Assembly (NCBI GenBank): GCA_051362555.1
Contig: CM120641.1
Coordinates: 11,842,001 to 11,906,000, forward strand
Direction of reading: 5' to 3'
Length of the DNA: 64,000 bases
DNA from: Lingula anatina
Lineage: Eukaryota > Animalia > Brachiopoda
A program made the position numbers and the translations under genes. Of this stretch, positions 40,701-53,300 are shown piece after piece; position 1 is the first letter of the stretch; each line of letters starts with the position of its first letter. The notes beneath the pieces are model-generated. The model searched no databases. It had not been told where the DNA came from and was given only the letters and a program-made list of their open reading frames with translations.

Positions 40701-43700
40701 CATTCAAAATGTGGTGCTTTATTGGTGTCACTTTATGGTTGCATTTAAGTAAACCCATTTTCTGCACACACAGTTTCTGCTTATTTCCCCAGGAAATATG
40801 ACAGATGTATAATACAAAACACCATACCTGAAGTTCCAGCTCTACTAATTTCTCCAGGTACTGCACAGGCAGGTACTTGTCTGCTGGGATATAACTGAAA
40901 TGACAATTTTATCTTTGTAAATCAAAGTGAAGTTTTGATGTTGAGAACTTCGTTTCTTGAAATAAAAATAGGTAGAACGTATAAGCTTTATCCACAAAAT
41001 CCATTTCAATAAATAAAATCTCAATGATGAATTTTACTGTTTTGATACATTTTTATAAAAAAATAAAAAAAATAAAAAAGAAGAAAGGTAAACTTTGAAC
41101 TGCATCATTTTAAGTTGGGCTGTCAGATTTTTGCTTATACTAAAACCAGTAACAAAAGCAGTAGGTGGAAACGTTGGTCACTATCAAACAGCTTAGATCT
41201 AGAAATCAATATACCACAGGTCTTATCAAACTCCTGGAATGCCTGTAATTTACATATTCAATTAAGAATACAGGAAAGTAATTTCCTTCAACCTGAAAGG
41301 AGATACATCTTATCTCAGATTGATTACATAGCTTCCATTGATCCAAGAATTCAAAATTATCTGTAAACATGGTTCAAAACCAGAGAGAAAGGTTTGTCTT
41401 AATTTCAATTAATTCAAGAAATATAAGAATTATTTTACATTAATTCTCTGGTCATTTGGTTAATGGAATAAAAGCTATTTAATAGGTATGATACCTTTTG
41501 GAGGGAATGCTAGCCATAATTATAGCATATAAAAATTGAGCAATTTTTCGAAAAAAAAAAGCATCTATTTTTTGTTACATTATGTAAAAAATCACCAAAG
41601 TTTTGACATAGTATTCAACTGATTCCAACAAATAACAATCAAGTTAAAACTCAATGCTTTTATTACTCGAGTGATGACTTGTCCTAAGGCACTCTTTAAT
41701 GAAAAATAATAATCCCCACATCTTTTCTAAGTTCTAGGAGCAAGATAACAACAAAGATTAAGAAACTAAAGCAAAACCACCAGTATTAATAAAAATAACA
41801 TACTGCATGAATTACTTATTCAGAATTTATCCTTCTTTAGCTACATTTTTAATTCTAAAATTCTTATACAATTAAACATGTGCTCATCACATAAGATATC
41901 AAAATATTCAATTTATCTCGGCCTGAAGTATTGATTATTCACTTCTAAGAGTCATCACACAACACAGTCTTTGAACTATAAATGCAACATAGATGAAACC
42001 AAAACTCTACTTTGAACATGAACACCTTTTACACAGGTCACCTCTACTATTACTACTGTGAAACACAACAATAAAAGATATGTGTTGGAACTTATTTATT
42101 GCTATATTGGACCTCATATTAGATTCTAATATAGTTGTATAATATCATTTACTGTAAATACACACAGTCATGGCATAAATAGGAGGTATTCTTTTTGTAT
42201 CAAATATTTCAATTTAACAAAACTGGTAAGTTGACAAAAATAAAAAATCAATTTTTTTAAAAAAGATGAACTTACTCTCTTTACCAGTAGTACAGTAGTC
42301 CAGCAGTTGTTGTGGTGGTTGGTAGGGCAGGTGTGATATAGTACAGTGTGTTATGGTGGTGTATTGACCACTGATTGGACGTCACACCCTAAAGCGTCCA
42401 GGGCCAAGAACCTCATTAAACATGTATGAGGCATTGATAGGCAACAAAATACACTGCTTTGTTCATATATACAGTTAAAAACAGGGGAAGAGTCAATAAT
42501 ACACTAAGAAAAACAACTTGATTCATTCACTATTTTTTTAATGTTTGGTTAAATAACAGCTATGGAAAATGAAAGAACTAGTTTGGTTGAAAATTCGAAG
42601 AAACATTGACAGCAATAGAACTAGTTTTTTTTTCTTTTCTTTTTTTCTTAAATGAAGCTATACCTTATAGGTCCTAACAGAATATAGAGAGGTTTGTTTT
42701 CGAAAAGGATCTGGTTCGTTTTTATTGATTACCTATGTTAATTTTTTTCTAACTATCAGGTGTCACAAACTTCAAAGAAGAAATGGTATAAAAAGTGATC
42801 TGTTTCCAGGAACTTTAATAATTCAGATGCCAATACACACAGGCATGCACAACAATATATTTTGACTATCTTAAAAAATTGAATCTCTTAAGAATCACTA
42901 AAAGCTGAAGATATCAGGTCAAAGGCATTTGAATACAATATTGGAAATCTTTAATCAATTTCATGCCTATTGCATGAACCTTAATGATCCAAGATCAAGG
43001 TTATCAACATTACTTCTGAAGCACCTTGGGTTATTTAGTGTACATGTGAGTACAGTTCAGTTCAACATTTCACTAAGGAAGACCCCTTACCTGATGTGGT
43101 TCTGATAACCCACCAGTAGGTCTCCCCTTTCATTGGCAAAGCAGGCACTTCTCAGGGAGGCATCAAACACAATCTCCCTCACCAACTTGTTATGATAGTC
43201 CCATAGCTGGAAAAACATGGCATGTTGATTCATAATCAGCTAAATTCTGAATGGCTCTCAATGTGTAATAATGTAAATTGAAATAAACATTTTCATATTA
43301 TAATCAATGGTGTTGTTCTTAGATAACTACATAATGATAAAAGTTAAATTACGGGATTGATGTTTGCCTGACCCTTATTAGCAAACTTGTTGAAATTACT
43401 TTTTTTTTTTTTTTATTCATTTTCATTTATTTATTCAGTTTTATTTATAATTACTCATTTTTGAGACACAAAATTGTTTTTTTTTTCCTCAAAAATGTAA
43501 TGTCCTAAGTCAGTATATGTGTACTGTATGGCCGTACCTTCAGGTGGTGGTCTTTAGCCACAGTGACAAACAGCTCCAACCATGGACAACAATCCACACT
43601 GGTAATCTACAATATAAAATATAAACCATAAAAAAAACCTTCACTACGAGATCATCTGTAACAGTGACAGCATACACCGACAACGAATAGGTTAATTGTT

Positions 43701-46700
43701 TTGGTAGATAATAACCTGGTCTTTTATGACACAGGATGTAATCATCTGTCATCTCTCTTAACTGCTATGGTCCATGTTGGGAGATTCACACTTTATCATG
43801 AAGGGTTGTCAGGCAACTTTTTTGTTCTTGTATATTATGTCACAGAGCTTGGATTTTTTTACAGGGTGCTAATTAAAAACAACAGTTTGCCATACACCAT
43901 ACATTGATTAAAAATAATGTTAATACTAGATAAAGATTTCAATTGCAACATGTAATAAAGACCATCAAAACAAACAATCACAATTGAATTATAAAACTGT
44001 GTGAAGACATTATTTAAATCACTGGGCTAGCTACCATGCAAAGAAAAATCCATTCCTGCAAGTTACTTTAACAGGAATTTCAATTTCTGTCATAGATGAA
44101 AAACGCTGTTAATCTGACACTACAAAAGCAGTTACATAACTTGATGAAGAACTCCTTACTTCTAGCACATGCTCCTCTTCATGGTCAGGTATCTGAGCAA
44201 TAAGACCACTACAGTTCCTTGTTGCTAAGTCACATACGTAAGTCTGGCAATACATTCTTAACACACTGTAATTATAAATAAAATAGATATATATATAGAG
44301 GAAACAGTGGCAATTTACAGTAATAATAAAGGTGTAACATTTATGTTTTTGTTTTTGTTTTTTTGTCCTTAGTGCAATTTTACTCGAGACATAAAATCAC
44401 AGAAACTGCATGCTCTAATTGAAACTCATTTCAAAATGTGTTGTCATAGTAAAAAAGGGGAAAAAGTAGAGTAGGTGTATCAGTTCCTGTTCCTATCAAT
44501 TATTAGTAAGAGACACAATGTAACATTTATCAACCATTGCCACAAGACAGATATGTAAATCGATAGAAGGGTGAGACAGCTGAGGTGACAGTGCTACCTG
44601 GAGTGTGTGGCAGTGAAGCAGACAGTGTCCCCAGACAGTGTGACATTAGTGGGCTTGCAGTCAAAGTGCAGCTAGAGGAAAAGCAGAGAAGCAGAATGGA
44701 ACACAGAAGAGAAAGAAAATGATATTGAATAATAGAATAGAGTGTGAGATTAAAGAATATGCTCAGTAGACACAGGAAAGAAGCAAGCAAAATGTTTTTA
44801 GTAAATGATTACTTGTTAAAATAATTTCCATACCTCTGAAGATCAAAGTGAAAACAAAAACTAGAAAAAATTACAAAAATTGAAAAAAAAAAATTAAAAT
44901 TAAGATTAAAAAGTATTAAGCTATAAGCCCGAAGAAAAGCCTCTCAAGAGCTGAGAAATTGCTGCACTATCATGCCATAAGCAAGGGCCTGGTAACCATT
45001 TGCTGTGACAGAAATTAATTTCAATGTCAAACAGCCATGCAGGTCTGTACACTACCTCATTCAAGGGAAAGAGAGACACCAGCTGTCTGCCTTTCACCTC
45101 CAGTTCCCATATTTTAATCTGCTGGTCTGTGCCACATGAGACCAGTTTGTCCAATGTCCTACTGCCTTCTGTATGGGAGCTGAAAGAGACCCTCAGCCCT
45201 GTGATCTTCCCATAGTGAGCCTGGACTGGGTGTACCATGTGGTAGCCACAGCTGGCTGCCAGGAGAGAGATCTGAAATATAGGAGGTTATAACTGGTTAC
45301 AAGGGATGAGTGCCACTGGGGCTACATGTTAGGGAATGGAGGGTAGGTGGGTGGGTGGGTGGGTGGGTGGGTGGGGTCATATGATGTATTAAACCATTAA
45401 TAAATTTCTTATTAAAAATAATAAGTAATAATGTCCTGATACATTAATTTGTCAAAAAAAGTTAAGATTTATATAAATATGGCTGTAATACTGTATGCAC
45501 ATATATTTGCTATATATGAATGGAAGACAACAAAACACATCCATATATACCTATGTGGCATTTTACTATCCAGAAAACCTTAAGAAAAATTATCAAAGAC
45601 TTACAACTTACCTGTCCATTTTTCAAACCAGCAAATATCAAATGTGGACAATTTAAGGTTTCTTTTTGACCAAGTGCACAATCCTAGAGAGAAAACATGT
45701 CACTTCAAATGTCTAACTAAAATACTACTGCATAAAGTAGCCAACTAAACAAAACATTCCAACTCAACTATAAAATTCATATTTTACATATTAATATACA
45801 TATTGCCTGAATTTATTAAATCATACCAGTTGGTCTTAACACTTTTTATTTACTGACACCCATTTCATTTGATGATAAAGTACCCATGAAGAAAAGTTTT
45901 CAGGATTTGGCCTTTGGAAAACAAAATACTAACTAATTTAAGCAAGGCTAAAGCAGTGATGCTCTCATCTGGGCTGGCAGGAGTTAAAGTTTCAATGGGC
46001 AAACATGGGTTGAGTGTACAGTCAAATACAACAACTGGAAATAAAAAATACACACAGTGCATAGTATAAATGTGCTACATATGAGCTTTTTGATAAACCA
46101 CTGTACTTACAGGGCACATATCTATCATAATGAGAACCCATTAAGATATATAACTGCCGTTTTACATGTAAGGTATATATTATCTTATTTAATAGAGTTA
46201 GTTGAATATATACAATCATCCACCATTATTATATGGTTAATTATTTTTCAAAAGCATTTCTCACTGTTTCAAGTAGATCCATACCTTCTCCAGTGTGAAT
46301 CAGAAAGTAAAGAAGGGCGTCATGACTGGAATACACAAGGTCCTTTGGAGGCTGAATTCAATACAACATGTATATAAATTGCATTTAATGAGAAAAACAT
46401 GAAAATGTTTTAAAAAGTTGTTAAGATCCTGTTTGTGAAATAAGAAGTCATTATCAGAAACAAAGTTAATCTTTTCTAAAAAATCCATAAAAATTCATAA
46501 AAACTTCCAATAAACACTGAACTCTATTATCATAATTATCATAATTATCATATCAAAAATACTGTGAACTAACACTAGATGTGTGCCTACTTGTAACATT
46601 GCCAGTGGATACACCAATGTGATGGTCTTCCCAGTGCAAGGGGATATCAACCGCACGCTACAGTCCTAAAAGCAAAACAATAAAAGTAAAATAAACACTA

Positions 46701-49700
46701 GAGAGTATCACTATTCACGGGTATATACTTAAACTACTAAGGGTAATATAATTTGTGAAAACATGCTCACCAAAAATAAATTAAAAATCTAATCCTTTTC
46801 TTTTCAAATTCAATTCGTTTTTTGAAAAAGAAAATACTAGAATGTTCCTTATCTTAACAATATAAATGCCCATGGACTGTATGTAATGAAAGCAGATCTA
46901 TACCCACCTCTCCAACAGCTAGTATCTTAGAGTGGTACCCTGCTGCCCTGACAGCACACAGTGAAAGGACTGGAGTATTCATAGGGGTAAACAGCTGATA
47001 GAACTGCAAGATGAAATAGAACTAGCAATAAGTAATGCCATGCAAAAAATGAAATGCAAGACAAAACTGTAGTCTACCTATTTTATGTCACTACTGTAAC
47101 TTAAATATATCTAAGCACTATGTAAAAAATACAGCTTGTCTTCAGCAAACTTGATTTTAAGTATAAATGAAGGCTGATAGTACTGAAATGTAATTGACAT
47201 ATGATATGACTGTAACTTAAGGTTGATAACTAAGAATATTCCAATTCTTTTCTGTTTTCTGTGCATGATTGTAACAAAATATGGTAACTGGATTTTAAAG
47301 AAGACTTACCAAGTTCAGTTTACATGTCCTAATTCTGCTGACTGTTGCAAAGCACAGTTCTCCTGCATCCCTCAGTGTCATCCAGATCACCTCACTGGCC
47401 ACATCAAGGCGTTGAAACTGAAGTGAAAATATTTCTTTAAATAAATAATATAGACAAACTGGCTAATTGTCAAGATGTTGTAACTGAAACAAGACAAACT
47501 GACAGCATTTGATAAAAAATTATTTTTTTGATTTATATTACCAAATACAATAATGGGGTCTTTAATATCACCTTATAATGTTGCATTATAAACCAAACCA
47601 TAAACTTGGTTCAATCATACTGTGTTCTATGGCCTGCCTTACCAGTTCCATAGTGTCCAGTCTCCACACCCTGACTGTGCCATCCTTGGAGGCAGAAAAC
47701 AACAGGGGCTGTATGGAGTGTACACACAGACCTGAGGGGACAATGACTGAGGAATGTATATATGTATACCCTCAAGAGGACCAAATGTTTGTTTTTTTTC
47801 ATCTTAAAACTTTTAAGGAACAATTTTATTTATCTTATTTCAGTTAGTGAATTTAAAGATTTATATTATTGTACACATTGACTATTTTAGTTGCAAATAA
47901 AGATTATTATTATTTGTTTTTTATTAAATAATGCATATTATTTCACATCTACCACTAATGTGACTGACATTATACTTCACATCTATTAGGACTGACTATT
48001 CACAACAAAACAAAACAACAAGTGCAGCAATGACTGCATGAGACTCCCTGAATATTTTTCCTTTGTCAAATCAATGAAAAATCCGAAAACAATTTCATGA
48101 TGAACACTTAAATTTTCTAATAGAAACAAATTATTTTTCTTTAGTATCCTCCTTTCCTTCTGCAATAAAATGCATTTTTACAAGCTGTAATATTTAATGT
48201 ACTGACTGACAGCACTTACTTGTCACGCTTTTGATATGTCCCTTCAGTTCTGATACCAAATTAAACAAGATTGAGTTCCACACCTGAGTGAAAAACATGC
48301 ATGTAATATAAACAACAATAACAGTTCCATGTATTATCATTTACAATATTGTATTACTTTAGTATTGTTTATCTTGCAATGGCTTGCAGCCTAAATCCAT
48401 AATCAAAATTAGTTTTTTTTATCTTTTACGGCACTATCATGGTTTTATTTAACTCACCAGAATGCTACCATCACCTGCACTTGTGACAAAATACTGTAGT
48501 GGGTTGTAAAAAGCAAAGCTAAAAAAGAATTATTTCTCATAAAATAACCAGCAATAATGTTGTCTGAAATCAATTACTGTTATTAACAGTTATACATTTT
48601 GCTTGATCAATTCATGGAATTAATTCACAATTTTAAGAAAAAATCTTGGGATGATTTATCCTTGTAAAATTATAAAGAGTTTAATGATGTACAATTAATA
48701 TCATAGGGAAATTAAACAATTAAACCTGAAGTTAACCTTTATAACCATATTCATTGATCTCACCAAGTCAAGGAAGCCTGATGTCTGTTTGGTATAAAAG
48801 CTACCTGTTTACTACTCTAAAACAACAAAAAACACTTTACTGTTCAATTTGCAACACATAAAACTGTTCTCTGAAATCAAAAAAATTAAACTTGTTCAAA
48901 GGCATAATTCATTTTCACTTATATTTCTAAGCTACTACAAAATGAACTGTGACTATGATCTAACTACACAACTGATAAAGCCAATACTATTGACTTGCAA
49001 ATACATCAGTTCTCATATATGAAAGCAATGAACTTAACCAAGATCTGTTTGGTGGGGGTAACTTATTTTTCTGCCATGGAATTTGTTGCAAATCCCTATG
49101 AACATTTTTTAAAAATCAATTACTTACAATGTAGTTTATGATGAAGATTCCATTTTCACTGGTTGCTAAAATGTATTTCCCAAACCTGTCAATCTGCACA
49201 GATTTAACCCACTAAAACATAACGAAAAATTAAAGTACATTCTGGAAACAGGATCCTGTTTGACAGTATGACCCCATATGTACACCCCCACACACACACA
49301 CACACACAAACACAAGTATATGTGTAAAAAAAAACACCTGATGTAACGATTTGATTGCCTAATGTTTTGTACTATTCTGAATTTTAAAATAATGTGTTGG
49401 ATGTAATAATGTATAGGAAGAGTCATTTACCTAGGTCCATGACTTACCTCCATTTCTGGAATATTGGTTTCAAATGGCTCACCAGGCTGCAGTGGCTTTA
49501 ATAGCTACATGTAGTGTTGAAAAAAAAGAAAGAAAACCACAATTAATATATCTGGTGATTTAATAACACTTATATTTTCCATTGCCGCATAACAATTAAA
49601 CCCAGCTAGTAACTTATACTTGAGAAACATATGAGCTGTTTACTCTCAAACTTTGGTAATAACTATATAGGTTTGCATAATATTTACATGTACTATCATC

Positions 49701-50295
49701 ATTGCTATCATTTATTACAAATACTCTTTCATCTCACCTTTTTCATGCCTCCAATCTTCCAGCGCATTATTCCACCACGGAAACCAGCAACAATTTCATC
49801 TGTATCAGTGTTATAGATAAGGCTAAAGGAATGTACACATAAATTAATCTTTAAATTCAAAAAAAATTTAGAGGATAAAGTTTATATAAAATTATGTTAA
49901 ATGTAATTAGCACAATATAATTAACACGAAAACTGTGGATTGGGTTATCTATTCCTTCTTAAAGTAAAAGAATCAAAGACTGGCATAGCTGTTACTGGTA
50001 CTTGACATATGAAAACAACCTACATTGTACAAGCCTTAACCATTGCTAGTAAGAAGCACATTCCCATCAGCATGAATGAATACAAAATGCTACAGGTGTT
50101 AAGTGAAGTGTCCATGCTCACTGTAAGTGCACCTGTGGTACCCACCTCAGTACAGAATGCTGACAGCTTGTGGTAGCAAGTTCTCTGCAGTTATATTTGC
50201 AGTCATCAAACACACGGAGCGTGTTGTCAGTACAAAAGCCAATAACCTTCTGAAAACATATAATTATAATAATAATTATTATTATTATTATTATT

Positions 50296-50345
<50 letters not shown>

Positions 50346-53300
50346 TCATCTTTATTACAGTATCACAGTTAATTTAGCTCGTCAACATGTGATAGAAAAT
50401 ATAACTAAAAATGGTACAATCAAAGTTAAGTTCATCATAAGGTAGGTCAAAGGTCAATTCCAAGGTCACAGTAAATTGCCAGTATATGACTTCCTATTCA
50501 ACTTCAATTGTAACTATGGGCCTATCTCTGCCAGGTTTGGAGTTAAAAGAAAAAGAAATTAGCAGAGTTCAGTTCATGATAATAAGTAGGTCAAAGGTCA
50601 ATTTCAAGGTCACACTTAGATTGCCAGTATATGACTTCCTATTCACGTTCAATAGCAACTATGGACCTATGGACCTATCTCTGCCAGTTTTGGAGATAAA
50701 GGAGAAGCAAAATATGCAAAGTTCAGTTCATGGTGAAAAGTAGGTCAAAGGTCAATTTTAAGGTCACTTTTAGATTGCCAGTATATGACTTCCTATTCAA
50801 CTTCAATAGAGACTATGGACCTATCTCTGCCAGTTTTGGAGATAAAAGGGAAGCAAAATTTGCAAAGTTCAGTTCATGGTGAAAAGTAGGTCAAAGGTCA
50901 ATTTTAAGGTCACATTTAGATTGCCAGTATATGACTTCCTATTCAACTTCAATAGTAACTATGGACCTATCTCTGCCAGTTTTGGAGATAAAAGGGAAGC
51001 AAAATTGCAAAGTTCAATTCATGGTGAAAAGTAGGTCAAAGGTCAATTTTAAGGTCACATGTAGATTGCCAGTATATGACTTCCTATTCAAGTTCAATAG
51101 AGACCATGGACCTATCTCTGCCAGTTTTGGAGATAAAAGGGAAGCAAAATTTGCAAAGTTCAGTTCATGGTGAAAAGTAGGTCAAAGGTCAATTTTAAGG
51201 TCACATTTAGATTGCCAGTATATGACTTCCTATTCAACTTCAATAGTAACTATGGACCTATCTCTGCCAGTTTTGGAGATAAAAGGGAAGCAAAATTTGC
51301 AAAGTTCAGTTCATGGTGAAAAGTAGGTCAAAGGTCAATTTTAAGGTCACATTTAGATTGCCAGTATATGACTTCCTATTCAAGTTCAATAGAAACTATG
51401 GACCTATCTCTGCCAGTTTTGGAGATAAAAGGGAAGCAAAATTTGCAAAGTTCAGTTCATGGTGAAAAGTAGGTCAAAGGTCAATTTTAAGGTCACATTT
51501 AGATTGCCAGTATATGACTTCCTATTCAACTTCAATAGTAACTATGGACCTATCTCTGCCAGTTTTGGAGATATAAGGGACTAAATGTTTTAATTTTGGA
51601 GTTACCATAATGTGCCACAAATTTCCTACAGAAAAAATTAATTAAAATAAAGAAAAGGTCATTTTGGTCAAAATTCTTGAAATAGGAGGTGCTCTGAAGT
51701 TCCAGATGTTCAAATTTGATGAAATAATGTCATTTTTGACCACAAGTTGTCTGCTTTGCCAAGCCTTATGTTTTATTTTTCCGGAGTTCAAAATTTATTA
51801 TCCATTACCGTACTGCACATTTTGCTTTCACCACCAATATGTACTTTTTGATACAGCGTAACTCGAAAACGGTATGGAATACAAAAAAACGGAGACCACC
51901 TCCAGTGTTGGGCTTTACATGCTCTACAAAATGCAAAAAAGAATGGGTGTCTAGCATTAACGGTTCCCAAATTAGAGACAGTTTTAAGTTTCGATATCTT
52001 ATGGCCGCTACTCCCGTGAAAATGCACCGATTGACCCCAAATTCACAGAGATGAAAGATGACCCGAAGGGTAACAATTTCCATTAATATTATTAGTTAAG
52101 TCTGTGTGGTATCTGAATAAGGCCGCAAATAATTTTTTTTTCGGCAAAAATTTTGTTTTTTTGAAAATTTTGGCCTTTTTGACCTTGAAATAAAGGTCAA
52201 AGGTCAAATCCAAGGGCATATATGAAATCTACACAAATGACTTTTGGAAAGCTGTCTGTAGAAATTTTTCCCATAATTCCTTCCGTAGGGGAGATAATTA
52301 GCATTTAATTTTGCCATTTTTGGACAAGGGTGCATTGCAATGAGTGCCACACCTAGACCCCAATACCGACAAAGCCCAAATTTTACGTGGAACGAGTTGA
52401 GATTATAGGTGACCTAAATCCAAGAGATGGGTATGGAGGCCCTTACCGTCTAGGAGGAGAAGCGGTAACGGTGACTTGGCGGCGGAGCCGCAGGAGCCGG
52501 CGGAGCCGCAGGAGCCGGCGGAACATACGGGTTGGGACTAAAACCATGTGTACCGCCAGCGCCTACGCTGGTGGTACAATTAGCTTTAGAATACATGATG
52601 TCTTGAATAAAAATTATATTTCTTAGAAATATATCAAATATCTTCTATTTTTATTACTCCCAATTGTTTAAATAAAATAATACCTTGTACTTTGGAATAA
52701 ACATTATGTTTGTGACTTCATATGGGATCTTGCACCTAAAATATCAAGGAGAGAGTATCATATGTACTGAGTATGGTATCAAATAATTAAATTACCAGAC
52801 ACATTAACATTAATATATGCAACGTCTGATTATTTAAAATCTTATCATAAAATTAAATTTTAGAAGAAATTATTACATAACCTATAAAAGATTACTACAG
52901 TAAGAATGCAAATAAAAGCTGTGCAGGATTTATTCTCACTCTTAAAAACACTACATAAATACAGGTCAGTGCATACCTTGCAATGTATGCAGTATACGAG
53001 TTGTTGTTTCTCATTGAAAAGAATGAACTGAATTGGCAGTCTACCCCAACAGTATGGTGTGCAATAAATATACTACCATTGGTTACAGGCATCATGGACA
53101 TACATTTGATGGGGCTGGAGACACGGAGAGTTTGCACAAGCTGAAATATATCAGAAAAATCCTTGATGTGATGCTTTACTTTCTCACCGTCTCTTTTCTC
53201 CACTGGAAAGTATTAGAGAGTAACAATGAATCAAAATGAATTACAAAATCATGTTATTGTTAAGAAACATACAAATACATGTTTAAAGAATACTATATAC

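Noticed and set aside
50420-51580. Regularly spaced repeats as a possible CRISPR array, or coding repeats (ORFs 50486-50743 and 50931-51173)
   Set aside because: The whole 146-bp unit repeats with no unique spacers, there are no cas genes and the context is eukaryotic. A unit length not divisible by 3 breaks the frames.
52387-52626. ORF with RRSRRSRRSRR (protamine-like)
   Set aside because: It is a translation of the 9-bp repeat at the HINE-like terminus, with no gene structure.
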